Notes: a model not told the origin generated them from the sequence alone. A stretch of 64,000 bases of DNA from an uncultured bacterium (GCA_903841185.1 CAIMIV010000003.1:773-64772); one strand, 5' to 3'. Shown: positions 34,426 through 43,989, numbered from the stretch's first letter. Numbers and translations are program-made.

Positions 34426-34788
34426 ATGAAAAATAAAATTAAAGCTTCTCTGTCTGTAGCGATAGCTGCCTTGATGGCCATTCCAGCGACGGTTTCTTTG
34501 GCTGCCGGTTTTACGCCGCCTACCGGCACGTTGTTACCGGAAGGAACTATTACACAGATTGTTACCGGCATCATGAATTGGCTATTAGTGTTGGTGGGAA
34601 TTTTTGGCGTAATTGGTTTTGCGATTGCTGGTATCCTGTATTTGATTTCCGCCGGTGACGAAACCAAGGCGGAAAAGGCGAAAAATGCTATGCTCTATTC
34701 TATTATTGGTGTGATTGTGGCTATTCTGGGTATGGTAGTGATCAAGGCGGCTCAAACAATGTTGGGCGGACAAGTCACAACCTACTAG
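34426..34788 (+). CDS. Pilin-like protein 3
   Basis: Signal peptide, then 'IMNWLLVLVGIFGVIGFAIAGILYLISAGDETKAEKAKNAMLYSIIGVIVAILG'. RBS GGGAGGTG upstream. Confidence 0.5.
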   Translation: MKNKIKASLSVAIAALMAIPATVSLAAGFTPPTGTLLPEGTITQIVTGIMNWLLVLVGIFGVIGFAIAGILYLISAGDETKAEKAKNAMLYSIIGVIVAILGMVVIKAAQTMLGGQVTTY

Positions 34789-34851
34789 TTTTAGATACAA
34801 AAAAAGAAACAGTCAGTTATCCACAGGCTGTTTTTTTTTGCTTAAAAAAAT

Positions 34852-34865
34852 AATTGTGGTATAAT
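34852..34865 (+). promoter_or_regulatory. Extended -10 promoter (TGTGGTATAAT) upstream of pilin-like gene 4
   Basis: TGnTATAAT extended -10. A hairpin plus T-run at 34806..34845 terminates the previous gene. Confidence 0.45.
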
Positions 34866-34896
34866 AAAAACAAGTTTAAATAAATATAAAAAAAAT

Positions 34897-35256
34897 ATGC
34901 AAAGAAAAACCCTGCAGAAAAATATACTAATTTTCCTTACCATTATGGCTATAGGTTATCCCGTGACTTCTTTTGGCGCATGGGCGCTTCCGGGTAATTA
35001 TGGTCTTCCTGTAGGGCATATCACAGATATTATTGAAGGTATATTAAATTGGCTTTTAGTTATCATTGGCCTAGTTTCTATTATTGGATTCGTGATTGCC
35101 GGCGCTAAATATATTTTGGCCATGGGCGATGACAAGGCCGTGGAGTCTGCCAAGAATGCTATGAAAAATTCTATCATCGGAGTAGTAGTAGCTTTATCTG
35201 GCTATGTAATTATTCAAGCAGTGGTATATATGTTAAATGGTTACTCCACGTTCTAA
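34897..35256 (+). CDS. Pilin-like protein 4
   Basis: 'ILNWLLVIIGLVSIIGFVIAGAKYILAMGDDKAVESAKNAMKNSIIGVVVAL'. Confidence 0.5.
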   Translation: MQRKTLQKNILIFLTIMAIGYPVTSFGAWALPGNYGLPVGHITDIIEGILNWLLVIIGLVSIIGFVIAGAKYILAMGDDKAVESAKNAMKNSIIGVVVALSGYVIIQAVVYMLNGYSTF

Positions 35257-35272
35257 TTTTTTAATAAAAGTA

Positions 35273-35632
35273 ATGTTACAGAAAAATAAATTTTGGCTAG
35301 CTTCTTTTGCTATCTTCATAATGACTCTTCCTGTGATGGTGTGGGGAGCTGACGCAGTCACTGGTATTGATATTCCTACTACAGCTGAAACTGGCTTAAC
35401 TAGTCAATTGATCTACCCTATTGTAGATAAATTCTTTAGCTGGTTATTGAGTGTGATTGGGATTGTGGCATTGATTAGTTTTGTGATTTCCGGAGCCATC
35501 TATATTATGTCTTCAGGTGATGATAAAACTGTGGAAAAAGCTAAGAATGCTATGAAAAATTCCATCATTGGTATAATAATAGTGTTAGGATCGTTCGTAA
35601 TTCTCCAATTCATCGACACGATGTTGCGGTAG
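35273..35632 (+). CDS. Pilin-like protein 5
   Basis: 'FFSWLLSVIGIVALISFVISGAIYIMSSGDDKTVEKAKNAMKNSIIGIIIVL'. Start set at the ATG after the gene-4 stop. Confidence 0.5.
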   Translation: MLQKNKFWLASFAIFIMTLPVMVWGADAVTGIDIPTTAETGLTSQLIYPIVDKFFSWLLSVIGIVALISFVISGAIYIMSSGDDKTVEKAKNAMKNSIIGIIIVLGSFVILQFIDTMLR

Positions 35633-35661
35633 TTGGTTATTCTGATATTTTTGGAAAAATA

Positions 35662-35703
35662 TAAAAGGCGTTTCTCGAGAATCTCGAGGAACGCCTTTTT
35701 TTT
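35662..35703. terminator. Bidirectional terminator between the pilin array and the convergent membrane-protein gene
   Basis: GGCGTT-tctcgagaatctcgagg-AACGCC followed by TTTTTTTTT. Contains a nested CTCGAG-aat-CTCGAG. Confidence 0.65.
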
Positions 35704-35708
35704 TGCGG

Positions 35709-36761
35709 CTATAGCGGGTATAACTCCAGGAGATTGTCTCCCTCTTTTTGGCCAATGGTGCCTCCTGGCGCACTATTGGCATCAATGAACTTCAGGGTAA
35801 AGTGGCCAGAGTTATTATTGCCCTGAGTCCACCTGCCTGCATATTGCTGGTCTCCGAATCCTGTGCCAGTCAATTGGAGACCATCCTCGCATTCAATAGA
35901 GAGTGTCTCTTTAGTTCTGTGAATGCTTTTCACCAGGAAATAAACATTCTCTCCAGATCTTCTGGTTTGTTTGAACTGAAGTCTGGCGGTTGGAACAAAC
36001 ACAGTTTCGGCTGGAGACGGGTCGAGTTTTTTCGGCTCAACCTTTTTCGCAGCCTCTTTCTTATTGGGCTCCCACTTAATCTTGCGAATGGGCACCAGGG
36101 CCGACCGACTTTTCACGAAATCGCCGTGTTCATTGGCGATGAGGACGTAGGCCATTCCTTCGGTTCCGCTCCCAGCTGGGTCTTCCGACTGAGCTTTGCT
36201 CTGAAGACCAAGAGACATAATGCATTGTCCCTTGAGGAGCTGGAGATTGTCGATGGTGGTACCGGTCTCGTCGTAAGCGAGAGAGGATTCGGTTAATGTT
36301 CCGAACGTTCCCTTGCTTACTTCTGAGCTGAGCAACTCCTTTTTGATAGAGATACTCCTTTCCTCCAACTTATTGTTGACGAGCTTCTTCTCATTATTCC
36401 GCCACTCTGTGTAGGCGGGGAAGTTTGTTGTGATGTAATTTTCCATAGGGGGGAAAACTTTTCCGCCTAGGTAGATAACCACACCAAGAATTAATATTGT
36501 ACTGAAGACCCATCTCAATGGTGTGATCCAGATGGAGAGTGTCCCAATAACAAACAGGGTAGAAATCATCCCACCGTAGACTGTCCAAAATGGAATTCCC
36601 AATAGGAATAGCGTAAGCGCTAGAATTCCTACAAGGGCGATTACAACTCCCACGCCAGGAGCATGATCCAGAAAAAAAATGTACACCTCGCCGATCAAAT
36701 TTTGAACGGGGCGCAGACACAGGAGTACGATTATCCCGATTACAATAGCTGCTATTTGCAT
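35709..36761 (-). CDS. Hypothetical membrane protein (4 N-terminal TM helices plus soluble C-domain)
   Basis: Hydrophobic N-terminal ~130 aa. No motif. Confidence 0.4.
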   Translation of the reverse strand: MQIAAIVIGIIVLLCLRPVQNLIGEVYIFFLDHAPGVGVVIALVGILALTLFLLGIPFWTVYGGMISTLFVIGTLSIWITPLRWVFSTILILGVVIYLGGKVFPPMENYITTNFPAYTEWRNNEKKLVNNKLEERSISIKKELLSSEVSKGTFGTLTESSLAYDETGTTIDNLQLLKGQCIMSLGLQSKAQSEDPAGSGTEGMAYVLIANEHGDFVKSRSALVPIRKIKWEPNKKEAAKKVEPKKLDPSPAETVFVPTARLQFKQTRRSGENVYFLVKSIHRTKETLSIECEDGLQLTGTGFGDQQYAGRWTQGNNNSGHFTLKFIDANSAPGGTIGQKEGDNLLELYPL

Positions 36762-36764
36762 AAC

Positions 36765-37478
36765 TTATCTCCTTGCTTTTCTTCGTAGTTTGGCTTCTCG
36801 GATTCGACGAGCGACATCATTAGACGTCTCTTCGCTGAATAAATTTTTCACAAAACCAACAACTGGCTTTGCAGCTTCCCCAAGAGTGATGTTTTCTTGG
36901 TTGTTTTTTCCGAAATGGATAATTCTTTCTTCGAGCAAGTCCATTTTGGAATTTTCATCAGGGCACTTTGTTATTCCAAGGAAGATTCCATACCAGAGTT
37001 GGTTAGCGAAAATAAAACGTTCATTTGGGTTTTTTTCATTCGCAGTTTTATCTTCCGCCATGAGAAATACGAGACCTTTGGCTCTATCATAGAGTAGCTT
37101 TAGTCTTTGCGTTTCCTCAGGGCTTTTTCCTGCAAAATCTGGATTGTTCATTTCATAGTGCTTTTTAAGAAAAAGTAATTTATCATCAAGGGATATGCCC
37201 GTTAGGCTAACCAGAGAAGTAAAAAAAACTGATTCATCACCTCTTCCTCTCCCGCCTTTAAGGATCTCAACCAGCTTTTCCTTGACAGCTTCGTGAATAT
37301 CCGGATGGGACATAAGGTTTTTAATAAGACTCATAACTCCCCCTGCGAACACGCCTGTTGCGGCAGCTTCTGCCACCTCTCCTATGATTTTCTTCACAAC
37401 ACCGCTTTTCTTGTCAGTTGCAGGGTTAGCACTCTTATCCTCGTTTTTTCCCGTGGCATTATTCCTTGTATCAGCCAT
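36765..37478 (-). CDS. Hypothetical protein
   Basis: 237 aa, Lys/Arg-rich C-terminus. Its stop lies 4 nt before the next gene's start, so the two are probably co-transcribed. Confidence 0.4.
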   Translation of the reverse strand: MADTRNNATGKNEDKSANPATDKKSGVVKKIIGEVAEAAATGVFAGGVMSLIKNLMSHPDIHEAVKEKLVEILKGGRGRGDESVFFTSLVSLTGISLDDKLLFLKKHYEMNNPDFAGKSPEETQRLKLLYDRAKGLVFLMAEDKTANEKNPNERFIFANQLWYGIFLGITKCPDENSKMDLLEERIIHFGKNNQENITLGEAAKPVVGFVKNLFSEETSNDVARRIREAKLRRKARR

Positions 37479-37759
37479 AATTTTCTCCTTGTGGGTATTT
37501 AATTTTTAAGGTACGAGTCGGTTATCGGCTCGGTACCGGTAGATTCCTGATAACTTATAATACTAGCACATTTTTGGAAGAAAGTCAATGGCAGTGCAGT
37601 TTTTGGCTAATTTGAGGGATGAAATGGGAGTGGGATTTTTGGAATCTTCAAAACAACCAATGGTCAGTGCTGGAGTGGTTATTAAAGCTCGGCTTTTCGA
37701 GTGTGAAAAAAAGTGTTCCTAAAGCCAAGCTTTTTGAGGCCTGGCAAATTGTGCGATTG

Positions 37760-37790
37760 ACAAAAACCGAGATTCTGCTATACTGAAGAT
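37760..37790 (+). promoter_or_regulatory. Sigma70-like promoter upstream of the nusA leader
   Basis: TTGACA - 17 nt - TATACT. A GC hairpin plus T-run (CCGC-gcga-GCGG GCTTTATTTTTT, ~37810..37838) follows within 30 nt. Confidence 0.45.
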
Positions 37791-37844
37791 ACAGTTTTGA
37801 TGAGGTGATGGTCCGCGCGAGCGGGCTTTATTTTTTGAAAACTC

Positions 37845-38027
37845 AGAGCTTGTTCATAATCTCAACGCTAAATTAAAACTAAAAAAAGCTTGCCTGCTAA
37901 AATATCCTAATTTAGGCTGCAAACCGCTTAAAGCTCGTCGGGTTATCTCGATAGCCCTTCTCACTTTTCACGGTTTTCGCTCTAAATTAGAATATTTTAT
38001 CAAGGCATGAGATTACGAGCAAGCTCT
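37845..38027. mobile_element. MITE-like element copy A (19-bp terminal inverted repeats)
   Basis: Left end AGAGCTTGTTCATAATCTC, right end GAGATTACGAGCAAGCTCT. The interior is homologous to copy B (GGCTGCAAA..CTCGTCG..TTTTCACRRTTTTCGCTC.AAATT). Confidence 0.65.
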
Positions 38028-38058
38028 AAATAAGAAATTAAATAAATAACACAACAGT

Positions 38059-39396
38059 ATGGTAAGAAAAAAAACAACCGTTGCCGAAGATACTCAAGCC
38101 AATCGCATGGGGGATTTTGGCAGTGCAATCGCAGCTTTGTGTGAGGAAAAAGGTATCTCTCAAGAGAAAGTCATTGAAACCATCGAAGCGGCTTTAGCGG
38201 CTGCTTATAAAAAAGATTATGGGAAAAAAGGCCAAAACATCAAGGCAGTGTTTGATGAAAAAACCGGTAACAGTAAATTTTTCTTAGTAAAGGAAGTGGT
38301 GGATGAAACCATGCGCGAATTTGTGGAAGAAAAGGAAGAAGGAGAGGAGAATGAAAAAGAAATCAATAAGTCAAAAAAAGTGGAAGAAGTTGTTGTTGTC
38401 TCTGATGAAGAGAAGCTACCCCGCTATAATTTCGAACGAGATTTACTGCTCGCTGAAGCGAAAGCCATCAAGAAAGATGCGCAGTTGGGCGAAATCATTG
38501 AAATTGAATTGGAGCAGCACCAAGACTACGGTCGCGTGGCGGCGCAAACGGCCAAGCAAGTAATCATTCAAAGAATTCGAGAAGCGGAAAGAGATTCGAT
38601 GTTTGAGGAGTATAAAAACAGAGAAGGCGAAATCATTGCCGGCATCGTGCAACGCATTGAGGGTCGCAATGTCTTCATTGACTTGGGAAAATCAGTAGGC
38701 ATTCTTTTTCCCTCTGAACAAGTGCAACGAGAAAATTATCGCATCGGACAACGCTTGAAAGTCTATTTAGCCAAAGTGGAAGAGGGTTCCAAAGGCCCAG
38801 GCATCACCTTGAGTCGCATTCACGCTGAGATGGTGCGCAAGCTGTTTGAATTGGAAGTGCCAGAGATTTTTGCCGGCACGGTGGAAATCAAATCGATTGC
38901 TCGAGAAGCGGGGGACCGCACCAAGATGGCGGTATTTTCAGCGGAGCCCGGTATTGATCCAATCGGTTCTTGCGTCGGACAAAAAGGCACCCGCGTGCAA
39001 GCTATTATTGATGAATTGGGAGGGGAAAAAATTGATATTATTTTATGGAATGAAGATGTGGCAAAATTCATCGGTGCAGCGCTGGCTCCGGCCAAAGTGC
39101 TGAAAGTGGAGATTCGCGAAGAGAGCAAGGAGGCTACTGTTTCCGTGCCGGAAGACCAGTTGTCTTTGGCGATTGGCAAGAGAGGGCAGAATGTGCGCTT
39201 GGCAGCCAAGCTAACCGGTTGGAAGATTGATATTGTGGGAGTCAAACCTGTTGCAGAAGCTCCGCTTGAAAATGAAAAAGAAAATGAGAAAGAAGAATTG
39301 GTAATTGTGGAGGTGGAAACGGAAGTTAAAAAGAAAAAAGCCGCTCCTGTTAAGAAAACAAAAAAGGTTGCCGAAGAAGTTCCGAGTGAAGAATAG
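38059..39396 (+). CDS. nusA: Transcription termination/antitermination factor NusA
   Basis: S1 domain 'GEIIAGIVQRIEGRNVFIDLG', two KH domains '...GIDPIGSCVGQKGTRVQAI...', 'LAIGKRGQNVRLAAKLTGWKIDI'. KE-rich C-terminal tail. Confidence 0.85.
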   Translation: MVRKKTTVAEDTQANRMGDFGSAIAALCEEKGISQEKVIETIEAALAAAYKKDYGKKGQNIKAVFDEKTGNSKFFLVKEVVDETMREFVEEKEEGEENEKEINKSKKVEEVVVVSDEEKLPRYNFERDLLLAEAKAIKKDAQLGEIIEIELEQHQDYGRVAAQTAKQVIIQRIREAERDSMFEEYKNREGEIIAGIVQRIEGRNVFIDLGKSVGILFPSEQVQRENYRIGQRLKVYLAKVEEGSKGPGITLSRIHAEMVRKLFELEVPEIFAGTVEIKSIAREAGDRTKMAVFSAEPGIDPIGSCVGQKGTRVQAIIDELGGEKIDIILWNEDVAKFIGAALAPAKVLKVEIREESKEATVSVPEDQLSLAIGKRGQNVRLAAKLTGWKIDIVGVKPVAEAPLENEKENEKEELVIVEVETEVKKKKAAPVKKTKKVAEEVPSEE

Positions 39397-39431
39397 GTCT
39401 AATAAATAATTATTAACAGCATTATCAAAAA

Positions 39432-40358
39432 ATGAAAAAAGTAATTATTGTAGGGCACAAAAATCCAGATACAGACTCTGTTATTTCCGCTATCGCAGCG
39501 CAAGAATTGTTCTCGAAGCTTGGTTTTGAAACAGTGGCCAAGCGAGCCGGCGAAGCGAATAATGAGACAAAATTTATTCTCAAAAAACTGGGCATTGCCA
39601 TGCCAGAATTGGTGACGGCACTTCAGGAGGATGAAACAGTTATGTTGGTGGATCATAATGAAGAATCACAGAGCTTTGATCAATTGGATTATGCTAAGGT
39701 GAGTCACATCATCGATCATCACAAGCTGTCTCTCAAGACGGAAGCCCCAATTTTTTGTCGAGTAGAACCGGTTGGGAGCACCGCTTCTTTGCTGGCCAAG
39801 ATGTTTTTTGAGAACGGGGTAGTGCTTTCACAGAAAATAGCTCAGCTGTTGATGGCGGGTATCTTATCAGATACATTGAATCTGACTTCACCGACAACGA
39901 CCATTGAAGACAAAGATTTATTGGAAAAACTCAACGGAATAGCCAAGATGGATGTGAATGGTTTTGTGGTAGAAATGTTTGCGGCAAAATCAAGTTTGGA
40001 TGGAATTTCCGTGGAGGATATTATTCGCATTGATTATAAGACCTTTGAAATGGGGAAATATAATGTTGGCGTCGGGACATGGGAGACGACATTACCAGAA
40101 AGTGTTTCTGCAAAGAAAACTGAAATTATGCAAGCGCTCCGTCATGAGAAGGAGGCAGTCAAGCTAGATTACATTTTCTTTATGGTTGTGGATATTCTCA
40201 AGCAGAATTGCCAGTTATATTTGGTGGGAGAAAAAGAGCAGACATTGGCAGTGAAAATTTTCGCTGGGAAAATAACGAATAATGAAATGTTTTTGCCTGG
40301 CGTGGTTTCTCGAAAAAAACAAATCGTGCCGCAACTGACGGAAGCATTGAATAATTAA
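39432..40358 (+). CDS. ppaC: Manganese-dependent inorganic pyrophosphatase (family II, DHH/DHHA2)
   Basis: 'IVGHKNPDTDSVISAIA', 'VDHNE', 'IIDHHK', DHHA2 'LGVGTWET'. About 308 aa, typical family II PPase length. Confidence 0.7.
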   Translation: MKKVIIVGHKNPDTDSVISAIAAQELFSKLGFETVAKRAGEANNETKFILKKLGIAMPELVTALQEDETVMLVDHNEESQSFDQLDYAKVSHIIDHHKLSLKTEAPIFCRVEPVGSTASLLAKMFFENGVVLSQKIAQLLMAGILSDTLNLTSPTTTIEDKDLLEKLNGIAKMDVNGFVVEMFAAKSSLDGISVEDIIRIDYKTFEMGKYNVGVGTWETTLPESVSAKKTEIMQALRHEKEAVKLDYIFFMVVDILKQNCQLYLVGEKEQTLAVKIFAGKITNNEMFLPGVVSRKKQIVPQLTEALNN

Positions 40359-40379
40359 TTTAAATTTCTAGATAAAATA

Positions 40380-41663
40380 ATGATAAAGAAATTACCAAAA
40401 TCAACAGTGGAATTTGAGGTGATCATCGAATGGAAGGAATGGGAAAAATATTTGGATTTGGCGGCTAGCGAAATTTCGCAAGAAATCAAGATTCCGGGTT
40501 TTCGTCCCGGAAAAGCTCCTCGCCATATGGTGGCGCAAAAAGTGGGAGAAGAGATGATTTTGAGCAACGCAGCGGAAAAAGCCGTGCAAAAAAGTTATGT
40601 GAACTTCATTGTTAAGGAAAAAATCGATGTGATTGGTAGTCCTAAAGTGGAAATTGAAAAAATAGAAACCGGAAAAGACTTGGTTTATAAAGTGGTGGTA
40701 GCGGTGATGCCGAGCGCCACAGTGAAAGATGCCTATAAGAAGGCGGTCAAGAAAGTGAATGAGGAAATGGCTGCCAAATCACTAGAAGTGACAGAGGAAG
40801 AAATTACTCAGGAGTTACAAAATTTGGCCAATGGCCGAGTGAAGTTGGTCACCGTTAGTCGGGCTATCGGCAAGGATGATAGCGTGGAAATTGATTTTGT
40901 CGTGCTGGTGGATAATGTGCCGATTGAAAATGGCACCAGTAAAAATCATCCCTTGGTGATTGGCAAGGGAGTTTTCATTCCGGGCTTTGAAGAAAATCTT
41001 ATCGGCATGCGAGAAGGAGAAGAGAAAGAATTTGAATTGACCTTTCCGGAAAAATATCACAAAAAAGATTTAGCCGGCAAATTAGCCAAGTTCAGAGTGA
41101 CAGTAAAATTGGTGCAAGAAAGACAGACGCCAGAAATCGGAGATGACTTTGCTAAATCACTGGGAGACTTCGCGGACTTGGCAGCGCTCAAGACAAATAT
41201 TGAAAAAGGGATTAAGGAAGAAAAAGAAGAAAAGCATAAGGAAGAAAGAAGAACTAAAATATTGGATAAAATTGTTGAGTATGTGGAGGTGGATTTACCG
41301 GAGGTGATAGTTAAGGAAGAAGTGAATAAAATGATGCTCGAGTTTGAACAGCAAATTCAATCCATGGGTATGAACCTGGAACAATATTTAGGCCAACTGA
41401 AAAAAGAGAAAAAGGATCTGGAAAAAGATTGGGAACCGCAAGCGGAAAAAAGAGTACAATCCGCCCTAGCTTTGCGCGAGATTGTGAAGATGGAAGAAAT
41501 TTCCATTGACGCGGCCGAAGTGGAAGTGGAGATGAATAAAACTTTGCAATATTATAAAAATGTGAAGGATTTCGAAAAGAATGTTGATATGGAAAGGCTA
41601 TACGCGCATACCAAAAGCATTTTGGAAAATGAGGAAGTATTCCAAATGCTCGAAAAGATTTAA
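40380..41663 (+). CDS. tig: Trigger factor
   Basis: N-terminal ribosome-binding 'GFRPGKAPRHMV'; central FKBP-like 'GDSVEIDFVVLVD...ENLIGMREGEEKEF'; C-terminal arm domain. Confidence 0.85.
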   Translation: MIKKLPKSTVEFEVIIEWKEWEKYLDLAASEISQEIKIPGFRPGKAPRHMVAQKVGEEMILSNAAEKAVQKSYVNFIVKEKIDVIGSPKVEIEKIETGKDLVYKVVVAVMPSATVKDAYKKAVKKVNEEMAAKSLEVTEEEITQELQNLANGRVKLVTVSRAIGKDDSVEIDFVVLVDNVPIENGTSKNHPLVIGKGVFIPGFEENLIGMREGEEKEFELTFPEKYHKKDLAGKLAKFRVTVKLVQERQTPEIGDDFAKSLGDFADLAALKTNIEKGIKEEKEEKHKEERRTKILDKIVEYVEVDLPEVIVKEEVNKMMLEFEQQIQSMGMNLEQYLGQLKKEKKDLEKDWEPQAEKRVQSALALREIVKMEEISIDAAEVEVEMNKTLQYYKNVKDFEKNVDMERLYAHTKSILENEEVFQMLEKI

Positions 41664-41664
41664 A

Positions 41665-41775
41665 ATAACCAAATAATATACAATGACTAAAATTCAAATT
41701 ACAAACAATTGATTATTGAAAGATTGAATATTGGAATTTGTTTGATGTTTGTTTCTTGGTTATTGGTGATTTAAT
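41665..41775 (+). repeat. Approximately 100-nt intergenic repeat, copy 2 (directly upstream of clpP)
   Basis: ATAACCAAATAA...TTGAATATTGGAATTTGTTTGATGTTTGTTTCTTGGTTATTGGTGATTT. Matches 22155..22256 over ~90 nt. Confidence 0.6.
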
Positions 41776-41779
41776 TATT

Positions 41780-42376
41780 ATGGAAAATACAACTAACAAT
41801 CAGTACTTAATTCCGACAGTAATTGAGAAAACCAGCTATGGTGAACGAGCGTATGATATCTACTCCCGACTACTCAAAGACAGGATTATCTTTTTGAGCG
41901 GTCCGATTGATGACGGAGTGGCTAATAGCATTATTGCGCAACTGCTTTTTCTGGATTCACAATCGAATAAAGAAGATATCAAAATCTATATTAATTCACC
42001 AGGTGGTCAGGTGACGGCTGCTTTGGCCATTTACGATACGATGCAATATGTGAAAGCTGATGTTTCCACAATTTGCATCGGGCTAGCGGCTTCTGCAGCT
42101 GCCTTGCTGCTAACTGGCGGAGTCAATGGCAAACGGATGATTTTGCCTAATGGGGAAGTGTTGATTCATCAAGTTATGGGCGGTGCTCAGGGCCAGGCTA
42201 CTGACATGATGATTCATACGGAACATATTCTGCGCACGAAAAAAAGACTGAATGAGATTATGGCCAAGCACACCGGGCAACTCGTAACCAAAATTGCTCA
42301 AGACACCGACCGGGATTATTTTATGACAGGGGAGGAAGCGAAAAAGTATGGCATTGTGGATAAAATTATCAAATAG
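41780..42376 (+). CDS. clpP: ATP-dependent Clp protease proteolytic subunit
   Basis: '[11 protein letters not shown]', catalytic '[11 protein letters not shown]' Ser box, 'HQVMGG' His box. Start set at MENTTNN (in frame with the 41738 track ORF). Confidence 0.9.
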   Translation: MENTTNNQYLIPTVIEKTSYGERAYDIYSRLLKDRIIFLSGPIDDGVANSIIAQLLFLDSQSNKEDIKIYINSPGGQVTAALAIYDTMQYVKADVSTICIGLAASAAALLLTGGVNGKRMILPNGEVLIHQVMGGAQGQATDMMIHTEHILRTKKRLNEIMAKHTGQLVTKIAQDTDRDYFMTGEEAKKYGIVDKIIK

Positions 42377-42432
42377 TGTAGAAAACATAATAAAAAAACC
42401 TATCTGCTCAAAAGATAGGTTTTTTTGTGGTT

Positions 42433-43989
42433 TTATTGCAGTAAGGGAAGGAGACTTTCTCCGGTCATATCTTCTGGTTGAGGAAGGCCCATTAGCTCCA
42501 AAATAGTGGGGGCGATGTCTCCCAATAATCCTTGCGGAGCCATATCGGCGATGTCCTTTTCCGGATGATGATTTTCTCCCGTAACCAACCACACCGGCAC
42601 CGGATTAACGGAGTGCTCCGTATTGATTTCACCAGTCAGGCTGTTGGAAATTTCTTCCGCATTACCATGGTCGGCGGTAATTAGCAGGCAACCATTTTTG
42701 ACCAGCACAGCGGGAATGAGTCTTTCCAAGCATCGATCAATAGCTTCCACGGCTTTGATAGTAGCTTCCATTTTTCCGGTGTGGCCGACGATATCCGCAT
42801 TGGCGTAATTGATTAGAATAAAATCATACTTTTCTTTTTCTACATTCTCAATAACAGTATCTGTTACCTCCAGGGCGCTCATCTCCGGAGCGAGATCAAA
42901 GCTCACCACATTTTTAGAGGGAATAATAACACGATCTTCTTTGGGAAAAGCTTCTTCTTGTCCACCATTGAAAAAGTAGGTCACATGGGCAAATTTTTCA
43001 GTCTCGGCAATGCGTAGCTGAGTTTTTTTGTTGCGGCTAATGATATTTCCCAGGCAATCAGTGAGTTTTAGGGGAGGGAAGGCCACGTTAACCGGGAGAC
43101 CTTCTTCGTATTGGGTCATGGTTACAAAATTGATGTTTTTGAGTTCAGTTCTTTTAAATTTCATGAAGCCGGGCAGGGTAAAGGCTTTGGTGATTTCGCG
43201 CGCGCGATCCTCCCGGAAATTAAAAAAGATCACGGAATCCCCGTCTTGAATGGTGGCGACCGGGTGACCTTCCTGCATCACTACTGCCGGTTCGATGTAT
43301 TCATCATAGACGCCTTTGGTGTAAGAATCTTCCAGGTAAGCGACGACGTCGGTAATGGCCACATCCTCTCCTTGTGTCATGGTGCGGTAAGCCTTTTCAA
43401 CTTTATCCCAACTGTTATTTCTATCCATGCCAAAATAGCGGCCTCCAATGGTAGCGATTTTTCCGATGCCGATAGCCGCCATTCTCTTTTGTAGATCACG
43501 AATAGCTTGAGCGCCGGAGTCTTGAGCGCAATCCCGTCCGTCAGAGAAAATATGTAGAAAAACATTGGCTACTCCCTGGCTCTTGGCCATTTCCAGCAGG
43601 GCATGGAGGTGATCAGTGTGCGAATGCACTGCTCCTGTGCCCACTAGCCCCATCAAATGCAAGGAAGTTTTATGTTTATTGGCATCCGCCATGGCCTGGA
43701 GAAAGGCCGGGTTTTTATAAAAAGTACCATTTTGAATGCTCATCGATATTCGGGGCAGACTTTGATAGATTATTTTCCCTGTGCCAATTGTGATGTGTCC
43801 TACCTCGGAATTGCCGCATTCTCCCCAGGGCAATCCAACCGAAATGCCTGAAGCTTGAATGCTTATATTGGGGTAGCGATGATTAAGTTTATCGATGGTA
43901 GGAAGATTAGCTTCAGCGATGGCATTGCCTCGGGGACTAGTTCCGATTCCCCAGCCATCCAAAATGATTAAAACGACGGGCTTAAACAT
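42433..43989 (-). CDS. gpmI: 2,3-bisphosphoglycerate-independent phosphoglycerate mutase
   Basis: 'VLIILDGWG', 'GNSEVGH', 'HLMGLVGTGAVHSH', 'ITADHGNAE' are iPGM signature boxes. Confidence 0.9.
   Translation of the reverse strand: MFKPVVLIILDGWGIGTSPRGNAIAEANLPTIDKLNHRYPNISIQASGISVGLPWGECGNSEVGHITIGTGKIIYQSLPRISMSIQNGTFYKNPAFLQAMADANKHKTSLHLMGLVGTGAVHSHTDHLHALLEMAKSQGVANVFLHIFSDGRDCAQDSGAQAIRDLQKRMAAIGIGKIATIGGRYFGMDRNNSWDKVEKAYRTMTQGEDVAITDVVAYLEDSYTKGVYDEYIEPAVVMQEGHPVATIQDGDSVIFFNFREDRAREITKAFTLPGFMKFKRTELKNINFVTMTQYEEGLPVNVAFPPLKLTDCLGNIISRNKKTQLRIAETEKFAHVTYFFNGGQEEAFPKEDRVIIPSKNVVSFDLAPEMSALEVTDTVIENVEKEKYDFILINYANADIVGHTGKMEATIKAVEAIDRCLERLIPAVLVKNGCLLITADHGNAEEISNSLTGEINTEHSVNPVPVWLVTGENHHPEKDIADMAPQGLLGDIAPTILELMGLPQPEDMTGESLLPLLQ

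Noticed and set aside
32878-35632. Class II bacteriocin/holin interpretation of the five small two-TM proteins
   Set aside because: Signal-peptide-like N-termini, the strictly conserved GDD/GDE-K-AK loop between two helices, and the tandem paralogy fit pilin-like (TrbC/VirB2-type) proteins better. No immunity, ABC-exporter or lysin genes are adjacent.
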